Part shown: piece after piece, positions 1 through 7,462 of the stretch | How positions within the stretch are numbered: position 1 is the first letter of the stretch | Layout: each line of letters begins with the position of its first letter | Virus record (IMG/VR): IMGVR_UViG_3300020125_000260 | Reading direction: 5' to 3' (one strand) | Length of the DNA stretch: 20,000 bases | Origin: an uncultured virus (IMG/VR IMGVR_UViG_3300020125_000260) | Lineage: Duplodnaviria > Heunggongvirae > Uroviricota > Caudoviricetes | The notes under the pieces: generated by a model | Seen by the model: the letters and a program-made list of their open reading frames with translations, nothing else | Database searches by the model: none | What the model was told of the DNA's origin: nothing | Position numbers and translations under genes: made by a program

Positions 1-441
1 TCGCAGTACGGCTACGACCGCTTCCCGCCGTGGCTGGTCGAAGGCTCGAACATGATTCAGCGCGACACCGGCAAGCGAGGGTGGATATCGAACGTCCACA
101 CCCGGCGCGACCTGTGGATTCGCGGCGCCGGACATATCAAACGCCGGAACGTGATCCTCCACTCCCGCCACTTCGTCGAGGAGATGGTGGCCTGCCGCCC
201 GGACAACTTCCTCTCGCTCACCGCGAGGGCACAACGCTCCGGCACCACCGGCCTGAACGACGACCGCGTGGTCGCTGGCCTGATCGCGCTGTGGTTCTGC
301 AATGAATGGGTGATCGGCGCGGAACCTACGGAACCGGCTGCCCGCGTGGACACCGCCGCCCCGGACTGGCAGCTCAGCCCGATGTCGGCGGAGGACATGG
401 CCGAGGCGTGGGAGGCACGGATGGCGGAGTTGCAGGAATGA
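1..441 (+). CDS. terL: Terminase large subunit, C-terminal nuclease domain (5' truncated by window edge)
   Basis: Frame is open from base 1 (SQYGYDRFPPWLVEGSNMIQ...). It carries 'GWISN..TR', 'ILHSRHFVEEM' and the 'G..DDRVVAGLIA' acidic motif typical of TerL RNase H-like C-termini, and lies upstream of the portal. Confidence 0.8.
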   Translation, partial: SQYGYDRFPPWLVEGSNMIQRDTGKRGWISNVHTRRDLWIRGAGHIKRRNVILHSRHFVEEMVACRPDNFLSLTARAQRSGTTGLNDDRVVAGLIALWFCNEWVIGAEPTEPAARVDTAAPDWQLSPMSAEDMAEAWEARMAELQE

Positions 442-713
442 CGCTGATACAAATGCTACCACGAACATTCCATGCCAAGGAATTTGAGGCTGGCGTGTTC
501 AAGCTGGCTGGCACGCTGGACGGCTTCATCGACTTCGCAACACCGCGAGGCATCTATGTCATGAGCCTAGAATGGGCGCAGTCCCTCTGCGATGCCTTGC
601 AGAGCTCCATCGCTGACGTAAAAGCTAACTGCCTCTACGACAAGGACGTACGTTTAGAACCTGTTGACAAAATCCAACCCCCGGAGGAAACTACCCCCAA
701 TGGCCAACGCTAA
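438..713 (+). CDS. Hypothetical phage protein (91 aa, MTLIQMLPRTF...)
   Basis: ATG 438 overlaps the terL stop (ATGA coupling). The ORF-track start at 306 lies inside terL and is unlikely. Confidence 0.6.
   Translation: MTLIQMLPRTFHAKEFEAGVFKLAGTLDGFIDFATPRGIYVMSLEWAQSLCDALQSSIADVKANCLYDKDVRLEPVDKIQPPEETTPNGQR
664..692 (+). promoter_or_regulatory. Possible sigma70-type promoter (perfect -35 TTGACA, weak -10 GAAACT)
   Basis: TTGACA at 664-669, 17-nt spacer, GAAACT at 687-692, ATG 7 nt later at 700. The -10 is a poor match and overlaps the GGAGG SD region. Confidence 0.2.
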
Positions 714-1284
714 CACCTATGGCTCCCGGACGGCCCGGCGCACGGAACACCAATCCTCTCCCGCGCCGGGCCAGCTCAACCAGGTGGTGATCGTCACCTG
801 CCGGGTCGATCTCCCGGAGCACATCTACGACGCCTATGCGGCCCTGGCCGCGCGCTCGAACATCCAGGTGGAAGACCTGATGACCCAGCAGCTGGCGCGC
901 TGCCGCGATATCATCGGCAGCGGTATCTACTTCAACGAATCGCAGAAGAAACGCCTGTCGAATGTGATCGGACATACGGTCGCCGACGCCGAGGGCGCGC
1001 TGCAACGATTGGAGACCTCCACCGTGGTAGATGTCAGCGGCTTCTCCTTCGAACTCGACCCCCGCCTGATCCAGCGGCTGAAGACCCGCGTGTTCCGCGG
1101 CGAGGAGTACTCCGACGTGATGTACCGCGAGATCGTGCGCGCGCTGATGACGTTCGCGGGGATGAATCCTCCGCTGAGCAATACGGGTGGGTGGTGGCGG
1201 CGTGGCACACGATCTCCACACAAGAATGGTAATATCCCAGTAGCGAAGGAGGTTGCCAATGGCGAAACACTCCGCATTCCATGA
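700..1284 (+). CDS. Putative tandem ribbon-helix-helix (CopG/Arc-like) DNA-binding protein (194 aa)
   Basis: GGAGG at 683-687 precedes ATG 700. Two RHH-like segments: 'VTCRVDLPEHIYDAYAALAARSNIQVEDLMTQQL' and 'FSFELDPRLIQRLKTRVFRGEEYSDVMYREIVRAL'. Confidence 0.55.
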   Translation: MANANTYGSRTARRTEHQSSPAPGQLNQVVIVTCRVDLPEHIYDAYAALAARSNIQVEDLMTQQLARCRDIIGSGIYFNESQKKRLSNVIGHTVADAEGALQRLETSTVVDVSGFSFELDPRLIQRLKTRVFRGEEYSDVMYREIVRALMTFAGMNPPLSNTGGWWRRGTRSPHKNGNIPVAKEVANGETLRIP

Positions 1285-1459
1285 AGACTCCCGCCCCGAG
1301 ACCCCGCCTGAATACTCCCGCCGTGTGCAGGACGCGATGGATGAAGACTCATGGCGCGGCACTGACCGCGTAGGGAACGATTTCCCAGAACCGGCGGAGG
1401 TAGTCGAATACCCCGCCGACGAGACCACGCGAATCTACAAGCGGAAGCCGGGGCTATAG
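1259..1459 (+). CDS. Small acidic hypothetical protein (66 aa)
   Basis: Strong SD AAGGAGG at 1246-1252 before ATG 1259; abuts the next ORF. Confidence 0.6.
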   Translation: MAKHSAFHEDSRPETPPEYSRRVQDAMDEDSWRGTDRVGNDFPEPAEVVEYPADETTRIYKRKPGL

Positions 1460-1461
1460 CG

Positions 1462-1656
1462 ATGGTAGATACCGCCCAACGCCTGACTGACGCCGAGTTC
1501 GTGGAGGAGTTACGCTCATACTTGAAGGCTAAGGTGGGCTTTGAGCAGCGGGTGCTGACCTTCCACGCCGCATCTGGTGCTATCGACCGCGAGAAGACGC
1601 TAGCGAATGTGTTGTATGCTGACATCCCTCCAGCCAAGAAGGATAGTCTCCTGTGA
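1462..1656 (+). CDS. Hypothetical protein (64 aa)
   Basis: Starts 2 nt after the previous stop; its stop overlaps the next GTG (GTGA). Confidence 0.55.
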   Translation: MVDTAQRLTDAEFVEELRSYLKAKVGFEQRVLTFHAASGAIDREKTLANVLYADIPPAKKDSLL

Positions 1657-1874
1657 GCAACGGCAAAGACCCGACCACTGGAGGGCCGTTCCCTGGCAGC
1701 TCGCGCTCGCCAATCAACTTCAAGCAGCCAAGGGTGATGGATTTCCGTACCGCGCCGGGACTGGCTGCTGGGATCAAGCGCGTGGGTGGCAGGAGCGGAG
1801 TGTCGCGGCTGGGGAAGTCGCCGATATCGACCGAGAGCAAGCACGGAAGGCTGAGGATCAGCCATAAGTATTGA
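1653..1874 (+). CDS. Small basic Arg/Lys/Gly/Ser-rich protein (73 aa)
   Basis: GTGA coupling with the upstream gene; low-complexity basic composition; ends 1 nt before the next ATG. Confidence 0.55.
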   Translation: MSNGKDPTTGGPFPGSSRSPINFKQPRVMDFRTAPGLAAGIKRVGGRSGVSRLGKSPISTESKHGRLRISHKY

Positions 1875-1875
1875 T

Positions 1876-2277
1876 ATGAGCAAGGATAACTGCCTTCGTA
1901 ATGTGGTCTGCTATTGTCCTCAATGTGGGCAAGAAATGGATGTTGTGTGTCATGAGAGCGACCGCGTTATGTGTCCATTAGATAAAGTTGAGATGGAACA
2001 ACACTGGTGGAAACGCACTACCCGCGACAACACGCAGTGGTCGGAAGCTGACTCGATAGTGGTATTCAAGAAGCCGGACGGTACATTCTCCTACCCAGCA
2101 GTCAACACCAAGCCAACGCCCGATGGCTGCGAACGCATCGTCATGCGCAGCCTCCGCGAGGTCGAACGCCACGAACGCGAGGCTGGAGTCCGCAGCGAAA
2201 TCGCCCACTTCGACCGGGGCTCCGGCAACGGCTTCGACACAAGAGACTTGCCACGCCTCCCGTTCAGTGTGCGATGA
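1876..2277 (+). CDS. Zinc-ribbon (FmdB-like) protein (133 aa)
   Basis: N-terminal 'CYCPQCG...VMCPLD' knuckle pair, with the fourth Cys replaced by Asp; directly precedes the portal. Confidence 0.55.
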   Translation: MSKDNCLRNVVCYCPQCGQEMDVVCHESDRVMCPLDKVEMEQHWWKRTTRDNTQWSEADSIVVFKKPDGTFSYPAVNTKPTPDGCERIVMRSLREVERHEREAGVRSEIAHFDRGSGNGFDTRDLPRLPFSVR

Positions 2278-2286
2278 TAACTCGCG

Positions 2287-4233
2287 ATGGCTGACATCCC
2301 CGCGAAGGACACATCGTTCAAGCAATTCAAAGAATGGGCAGAACTCGCCATCGAGGAAGCCGACGCATTCCTTCACACACAAGAAGGCTATGACAAGTTC
2401 GAGGAGTCCATCGACGCCATCAATGGCGAACTCAAGAACGACCTCGCGCAAGGCGTCTTCGGCGGCGTGACCTACAACCACTTCGGCAAGGTCGCGCTCG
2501 ACATGGTGGCTGCACAGTGCGACATCAAACCGTTCTGGGACTATCGCACGTTCAATCCCAAGTTCCAGCCTCAAGCTCAGCTCGCCAACAAGCTGGCCTC
2601 CGCCTGGTGGATGGGCCGGCACGTCACCCTGCGCTTCGCGGACGTGATCAAATTCGCCCTGCCAATGGGCACGGGTTATGCCCACCAGGTCTATGATCCC
2701 TACCAGAACGGCTTCAGCGGCGGCTATCAGGGTGGCGACATGGAACTCCTACCCGAGGACCCACGGGACGTGCTTCCCATCCGTCCAGGATCGTTCCTCT
2801 CGATCCAGGAATCCGCTGGCGTGATGATCCGCCGGGAACGCTCGGTCAACTGGATACGCGCCAAGTTCGGCGACGCAGCCTCCGAGGTGAAGCCCGACCG
2901 CGAGGGTTCGGTCGCGCAGCTGAACAAGAACACCCGCTATGGTCGCCTGATGACATCGCTCGGCTTGCAATCCGGGTTCATGGAGAACCTGATCTCCTCC
3001 ATCGCCGGGCGCACGCAAGCCAGGCCGATGAAAATCCCATCCGCCGATCTATTCACCCTGTATATTAACGACCCCACCATCAACACCCAGCGATCCGGTA
3101 CCTGGATGGGCCTGCACGACGGCAAGCTCACCAACTGGAGCTACTACGTCCCGGCGGTGGGGGAACTCATCCCCGCCACGGGTCGCGCGGCGAAGGATGA
3201 CGACTGCAAGCTCTACCCGCGCAAACGCTGCGTGATCTTCACTCGCTCGGCGCGAATCTACGACGACACCTCAATCTACTGGCACGGCATGTTCCCGCTG
3301 GCGAAGCTGACCCTCGACCCGTGGCCGTGGCTCTGGCTGGGCAAGGCACCGCTCAAGGATCTGTTGCCCTTGCACAAGGAGATGCAGAAGGTGATGCGGG
3401 TGTTCTCCCGCCATCTCGACCGGATCAAGCGTCCGGGGATGGCAGCGGATAAGAACGCGATCTCCGAGAAGGGATTCGCCAAGATCGACCCCGAGATGCC
3501 GGGGCTTAAGCTGCGCTCTAACCCAGTGAACGGCAAACCCGTGGAGATGATCTACGATCCCGCGCTCGATCCGTGGGTGCAGTGGTACCTCGGCGCGCTG
3601 AAGGACGCGCAGAAGGAACTCGCGGGTACCAGCTCCGCCGCCGACATCATGGCCCTGAACCAGCTCCCGCAGATGGACACGCTGGAGGCGATCATCGCCG
3701 CCGAGGGAGCTATCAACCGGCTGCGGTCGCTGGTCATCGAGGCGTTTATGTCGGAGTTCTCGATGATGCTGCTGATGAATTTCTTTCAGTTCTACACGAA
3801 GGAGCAGCGTATCGCTATCCTCGGGCCGCAGGGTCAGACGTTCGAGGATTTCGACTACGACCCCGGGAATCTGATCCCGCACGACATTATCGACGCGATG
3901 CCGGACGGCAGCCCGGCACCGCGAGCCGAGCGCGCGAGGGAGTTCTTCAAATATTTCACCTACCAGATTGCGCCGGGATCGCTGCTGAACTCCGCCAGCC
4001 AGAGCGAGAAGATGCTCTACATGGCCCTCGCTCGCGCCGGGGTGATTGACATCGCTACGCTGCTAGAAAAGCTCAATGTCCCGAACGTGGGGCTGCCGCC
4101 AGATTACCCGACTGGAATCCTCGCACGGCTACAGAAGCAGCAGGAGCTTGGCATCGGCATGGCAGTATCGCCGCAGGGGCGCAAAGCCTCGGGACAGGAA
4201 GCCCCCCGCATGGTGATGAAGGAGAGCGGATGA
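2287..4233 (+). CDS. Portal protein (P22/SU10-like), 648 aa
   Basis: Size and position between terminase and scaffold/capsid. Motifs 'ALPMGTGYAH', 'DPRDVLP', 'YWHGMFPLAKLTLDPWPWLWLGKAPLKDLLPLHKEM', and a helical Q-rich C-terminus. Confidence 0.85.
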   Translation: MADIPAKDTSFKQFKEWAELAIEEADAFLHTQEGYDKFEESIDAINGELKNDLAQGVFGGVTYNHFGKVALDMVAAQCDIKPFWDYRTFNPKFQPQAQLANKLASAWWMGRHVTLRFADVIKFALPMGTGYAHQVYDPYQNGFSGGYQGGDMELLPEDPRDVLPIRPGSFLSIQESAGVMIRRERSVNWIRAKFGDAASEVKPDREGSVAQLNKNTRYGRLMTSLGLQSGFMENLISSIAGRTQARPMKIPSADLFTLYINDPTINTQRSGTWMGLHDGKLTNWSYYVPAVGELIPATGRAAKDDDCKLYPRKRCVIFTRSARIYDDTSIYWHGMFPLAKLTLDPWPWLWLGKAPLKDLLPLHKEMQKVMRVFSRHLDRIKRPGMAADKNAISEKGFAKIDPEMPGLKLRSNPVNGKPVEMIYDPALDPWVQWYLGALKDAQKELAGTSSAADIMALNQLPQMDTLEAIIAAEGAINRLRSLVIEAFMSEFSMMLLMNFFQFYTKEQRIAILGPQGQTFEDFDYDPGNLIPHDIIDAMPDGSPAPRAERAREFFKYFTYQIAPGSLLNSASQSEKMLYMALARAGVIDIATLLEKLNVPNVGLPPDYPTGILARLQKQQELGIGMAVSPQGRKASGQEAPRMVMKESG

Positions 4234-4517
4234 TCTACACCGGCAAGAAACTCACAACTCCTGGCACCGCCGTGGCACTCGGCGGCCAAGTCCGGGCCTC
4301 ATGGGTCGTCATCCAGTGGCCAGCGGGTGCCACGGGTAACCTCTACATCGGTGGCCCGACTTCCACTGCGCCGTTTTCTGCCAACTGTCCAGCAATCACT
4401 GCTGGTAACAGCGTCACCCTCCCGGCGATGGGCGTGACCCTCCCCTACTCGCTGGATAAAATCCTGATCGACTCCGACAACGCGGGAACCGCCGTGTTCC
4501 TCTACGGGAAGGCATAG
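4230..4517 (+). CDS. Small beta-sandwich virion protein A1 (candidate head-spike base), 95 aa
   Basis: ATGA coupling to the portal stop; clear paralogue of 5080..5403 (TAVAL, WxVIQ, GxTGxxYxGG, GxSxTLPAMG, YGxA). Confidence 0.6.
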   Translation: MIYTGKKLTTPGTAVALGGQVRASWVVIQWPAGATGNLYIGGPTSTAPFSANCPAITAGNSVTLPAMGVTLPYSLDKILIDSDNAGTAVFLYGKA

Positions 4518-4519
4518 CC

Positions 4520-5068
4520 ATGGGCATCGGCGCAGGCGCGCTCATCACAGTATCGACCGGGGGCGGTGGCTCCTCCACTCCGAACACGATGGCGTTTCCG
4601 TGGGGCGGGATGGTAGGGGCGGTCGCTGCCACTGCGTTATCTGCGGCGAACAAAATACAGATTAGCGGCTTCTATCTACCTAACTCAGTCACGGTCAACA
4701 ATATCGTAGTTTCCATCAACACTCCCGACGCAGCGAACAACTATGACTGGGGCGTTTACGATTCCACCGGCGCACTGAAAGTCCATGTCGGTGCACATGT
4801 AGTCCCTGCCTCGGGAGTAGTTGACCTTCCAGTTCTGGCATCGGCCACACTCGCTGCCGGGAAATACTACTTCGCTTATACCGGTAACGCCACGGTCGCA
4901 CTAATTACTGCGGCACCGAACAATGTCTCCACCAAGGAAGTAACCTTCTTGGCGTTGGTGGAATCCGCGACTGCATCCGCTGGTGGCGCGCTACCGGCCA
5001 CGATCACAATCCCAGCCGACACTTGGGCGGCAGCCTCCGCGTCAGTCCACGGCTTCGTGCTTCACTAG
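4520..5068 (+). CDS. Beta-rich virion protein B1 (candidate head fibre / receptor-binding domain), 182 aa
   Basis: N-terminal MGIGAGALI followed by a GGGGSS linker, then an Ala/Thr/Val-rich beta domain ('GVYDSTG', 'TLAAGKYYFAY'). Confidence 0.5.
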   Translation: MGIGAGALITVSTGGGGSSTPNTMAFPWGGMVGAVAATALSAANKIQISGFYLPNSVTVNNIVVSINTPDAANNYDWGVYDSTGALKVHVGAHVVPASGVVDLPVLASATLAAGKYYFAYTGNATVALITAAPNNVSTKEVTFLALVESATASAGGALPATITIPADTWAAASASVHGFVLH

Positions 5069-5079
5069 AGAGGGGAGTC

Positions 5080-5403
5080 ATGAGCATAATTCGTAATTTC
5101 TCTATCACGGGTACTGCAAATACCGCTGTTGCGCTCAAAGACCCAGTGAACGCGCAGGCCAACCGCACTCCCGCTGCATGGGCCGTGATCCAAGCCGCCA
5201 AGGGCAACACTGGCAGCGTCTACGTCGGCGGCACTCCAGCTCCCACCAATGGCACGACCACGACTAACACGGTGGAGTTGGCTAAGGGGGACTCGCTAAC
5301 CCTCCCTGCTATGGGCATCGCTGATTCCTATGACCTCTCAACCGTGTTCATGAACGTCGATACCAACGGCGACAAGGTGCGCGTCGTCTATGGGAGGGCG
5401 TGA
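5080..5403 (+). CDS. Small beta-sandwich virion protein A2, paralogue of A1, 107 aa
   Basis: SD GGGGAG precedes ATG 5080 (MSIIRNF...); aligns by eye along its full length with 4230..4517. Confidence 0.6.
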   Translation: MSIIRNFSITGTANTAVALKDPVNAQANRTPAAWAVIQAAKGNTGSVYVGGTPAPTNGTTTTNTVELAKGDSLTLPAMGIADSYDLSTVFMNVDTNGDKVRVVYGRA

Positions 5404-5852
5404 TGGGCAGCTACATCGACACAGCGGCAACCACTACCATCAACAATACACAGGTCACGGCGGCGGGAATGGCAGCCAACAGCGGAATGGTCAGCTACAC
5501 CGCCGGGCCACTGGACGGAACCACGCTGAACGCGACGCTGAACATCTTCACCACCAGCAACGGGCTGAACTTCTATCCCACGCATCTGATTGTCACCGCA
5601 ACCGCCACCTCCGGAGCGTTCATCAGCGCGGCATCTATCTCCCTCGGTGCTGGAGGCTCAACCTCCAACCTGCTGGCCGCGACTCCGCTTGTAGGAGTCA
5701 ATGCCGCTGGGCTGTATCTCGTGATTCCACTGCCGCTGGTGGCTACCCGCGTGGCCAATGGAGCGACCATAACCGCCAAGATCACCACCGCCGTGGTGGG
5801 ACTCACTCAGCTATCACTCCAGGTGACGGTCGTGGGATTCTATGCGGCGTGA
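5403..5852 (+). CDS. Thr/Ala-rich beta virion protein B2 (candidate fibre/decoration), about 149 aa
   Basis: TGATG coupling with A2 and SD GGGAGG at 5392-5397; almost charge-free beta-strand composition. Confidence 0.55.
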   Translation: MGSYIDTAATTTINNTQVTAAGMAANSGMVSYTAGPLDGTTLNATLNIFTTSNGLNFYPTHLIVTATATSGAFISAASISLGAGGSTSNLLAATPLVGVNAAGLYLVIPLPLVATRVANGATITAKITTAVVGLTQLSLQVTVVGFYAA

Positions 5853-5864
5853 TTCGATGAATCA

Positions 5865-5894
5865 TTGACACAGCCATCCCGCGCGTGGTTCCCT
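5865..5894 (+). promoter_or_regulatory. Possible promoter upstream of the basic-protein/scaffold/capsid block
   Basis: Perfect TTGACA at 5865-5870 in one of the few intergenic gaps; TG-n-TTCCCT as a weak extended -10 at an 18-nt spacing; downstream ATG 5904 has no SD. Confidence 0.3.
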
Positions 5895-5903
5895 GTACAC
5901 GAG

Positions 5904-6071
5904 ATGGCAAAGTATCCACCGAAGGCGGCAATCGAGCGCGCGGGACACGAGATGAAGGTCAATCCGCCGAAGCAACTGGCGAAGACCGCCAAGAAATTCG
6001 GGGCCGCCGATGCTAAGAAGCAGCGAGTGGCGATCATGTTGAGCAAGGCACGTAAATCATCAGGAGGATAA
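5904..6071 (+). CDS. Small Lys-rich protein (55 aa), DUF6496-like
   Basis: 'KKQRVAIMLSKARKS' resembles the QAIAIALSxAR motif of small basic phage proteins; ATG 5904 is preferred over TTG 5865. Confidence 0.55.
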   Translation: MAKYPPKAAIERAGHEMKVNPPKQLAKTAKKFGAADAKKQRVAIMLSKARKSSGG

Positions 6072-6076
6072 CTCAG

Positions 6077-6223
6077 ATGGCATTCGGCAAAGGTGGCAAG
6101 GGCGGAGGCAAGAAATTCGGCAAGTCTGGCGGCTCAATGGGTGGCAAGGGCCTCAGCAAGGCCGGCGGGATGATCGCAACCGGGTCGAACGTGAAGGCGC
6201 TTGGCTCGAAGAAAGCTGGCTGA
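6077..6223 (+). CDS. Gly/Lys-rich micro-protein (48 aa), absent from the ORF track
   Basis: SD AGGAGG at 6062-6067; translation MAFGKGGKGGGKKFGKSGGSMGGKGLSKAGGMIATGSNVKALGSKKAG*; TGATG coupling to 6223. Confidence 0.7.
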   Translation: MAFGKGGKGGGKKFGKSGGSMGGKGLSKAGGMIATGSNVKALGSKKAG

Positions 6224-6555
6224 TGGCATCTCCACTGACAGGCCCGCCCCCGCAACCGACTCCGGTCGGCCAGCCGGGCAGTGCATCGCAACCGCCGCCG
6301 GGAGTCAATCCCTCCGCCGCGGGAGGCGATCAATCCCTCCAGCTGGTGACGCAGCACCTGATGGAGGCGGAGCAGGCCCTCCAGGCCGCAGCCAAGATCA
6401 AGCCGGAACTATCCGCGATCGTGGACAAGTTCGTGAACGAAGTGAAGCCCCAGGCCGGACAGATCCTGTTCGGCGCTGGACAACAGCCACAGATGCAGCC
6501 CCAGCCATCGCTCCAAGGCTTAGTTGCGGGCGGAGCGCAAGGGATGGGCCAGTGA
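6223..6555 (+). CDS. Pro/Gln-rich hypothetical protein (110 aa) with a central helical hairpin
   Basis: TGATG coupling; disordered P/Q-rich ends flank 'LQLVTQHLMEAEQALQAAAKIKPELSAIVDKFVNEV'. Confidence 0.65.
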   Translation: MASPLTGPPPQPTPVGQPGSASQPPPGVNPSAAGGDQSLQLVTQHLMEAEQALQAAAKIKPELSAIVDKFVNEVKPQAGQILFGAGQQPQMQPQPSLQGLVAGGAQGMGQ

Positions 6556-6643
6556 CCACCATCAGCCACATAACCCCTCAATCTCGCGAGGAGCGACCTC
6601 GGACTAACCCTCCGACAGCGCAGAAGGCGACAAGGAGAACACC

Positions 6644-7414
6644 GTGGGACTGAACGAAGATGTAGCAGCATATGCGCAGGAGCTGGCGGACGCAGCCGGG
6701 ATCACCGATGCGACCGCACGCGAGGCGTTCATCAAAAACGACAAGGTACAAGCCAAGGTCAGGACTTCGCTCGAAGCCGTTAGTCGCGAGAAGGGCCGGG
6801 CCGAGGCGGAGTTCAAAAAGCGGCAGGAGGAGTATGCCGCCAACCTGAAGATCGCCGAGTCTAACGCGGCAGTGGTTACCGCAGCCGAGGCCAAGGTGAA
6901 AGCCTATGTGGAGAAGTTCGGAGAACTCCCAGGTGGGGGTGATCCTAACAATCCAACCGCAGCCCGTGCCGCCGTGGCCGACGCCATCGACAAGAAGACC
7001 TTCGACGAGCGGTTCAAATCCACCGAGGCTAACACCATCGGACTAGTGAAGATCGCCAGCAAGATCACGGCGACACACCTGAAGGACTTCAACGAGGTTC
7101 CGGACTTCGATGCGATTGAGAAGATCGCCACCGAACAGGGACTTTCAGCTGACAAGGCCTATCAGGAGTATCGCAAGCCAAAAGACGAGGAACGCGCCAA
7201 GGCCCGGCAGACTGAGGAGTTGAAGAAGGCTCGCGAGGAAGGCGAGATGGAAGGCCGCTCCAAGGTCGCCGCCGCAGTGATCTCCGACCCGGAGCGTAGT
7301 TCTCCATTCATGCAGAACCTGCGCAAGTCCGGCGAGGTCAAAGAAGGCCCGCGTGACTCGTTTGTGAAAGGCTGGCGCGAGGCCGCACAGCCCAAGGGTG
7401 GCGGAGCAGCGTAA
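6644..7414 (+). CDS. Capsid scaffolding protein (256 aa)
   Basis: SD AAGGAG before GTG; highly charged A/E/K coiled-coil; immediately upstream of the major capsid gene; short C-terminal amphipathic helix (RDSFVKGWREA). Confidence 0.7.
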   Translation: MGLNEDVAAYAQELADAAGITDATAREAFIKNDKVQAKVRTSLEAVSREKGRAEAEFKKRQEEYAANLKIAESNAAVVTAAEAKVKAYVEKFGELPGGGDPNNPTAARAAVADAIDKKTFDERFKSTEANTIGLVKIASKITATHLKDFNEVPDFDAIEKIATEQGLSADKAYQEYRKPKDEERAKARQTEELKKAREEGEMEGRSKVAAAVISDPERSSPFMQNLRKSGEVKEGPRDSFVKGWREAAQPKGGGAA

Positions 7415-7462
7415 GGCACGAGCCGCGCTTCCATCATCCCAGCAATACCCCGGTGAACTACC

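Noticed and set aside
691..1883. Long minus-strand ORFs (245 aa and 318 aa)
   Set aside because: They are shadows of SD-supported, coupled + strand genes in GC-rich DNA and carry no recognisable motifs.
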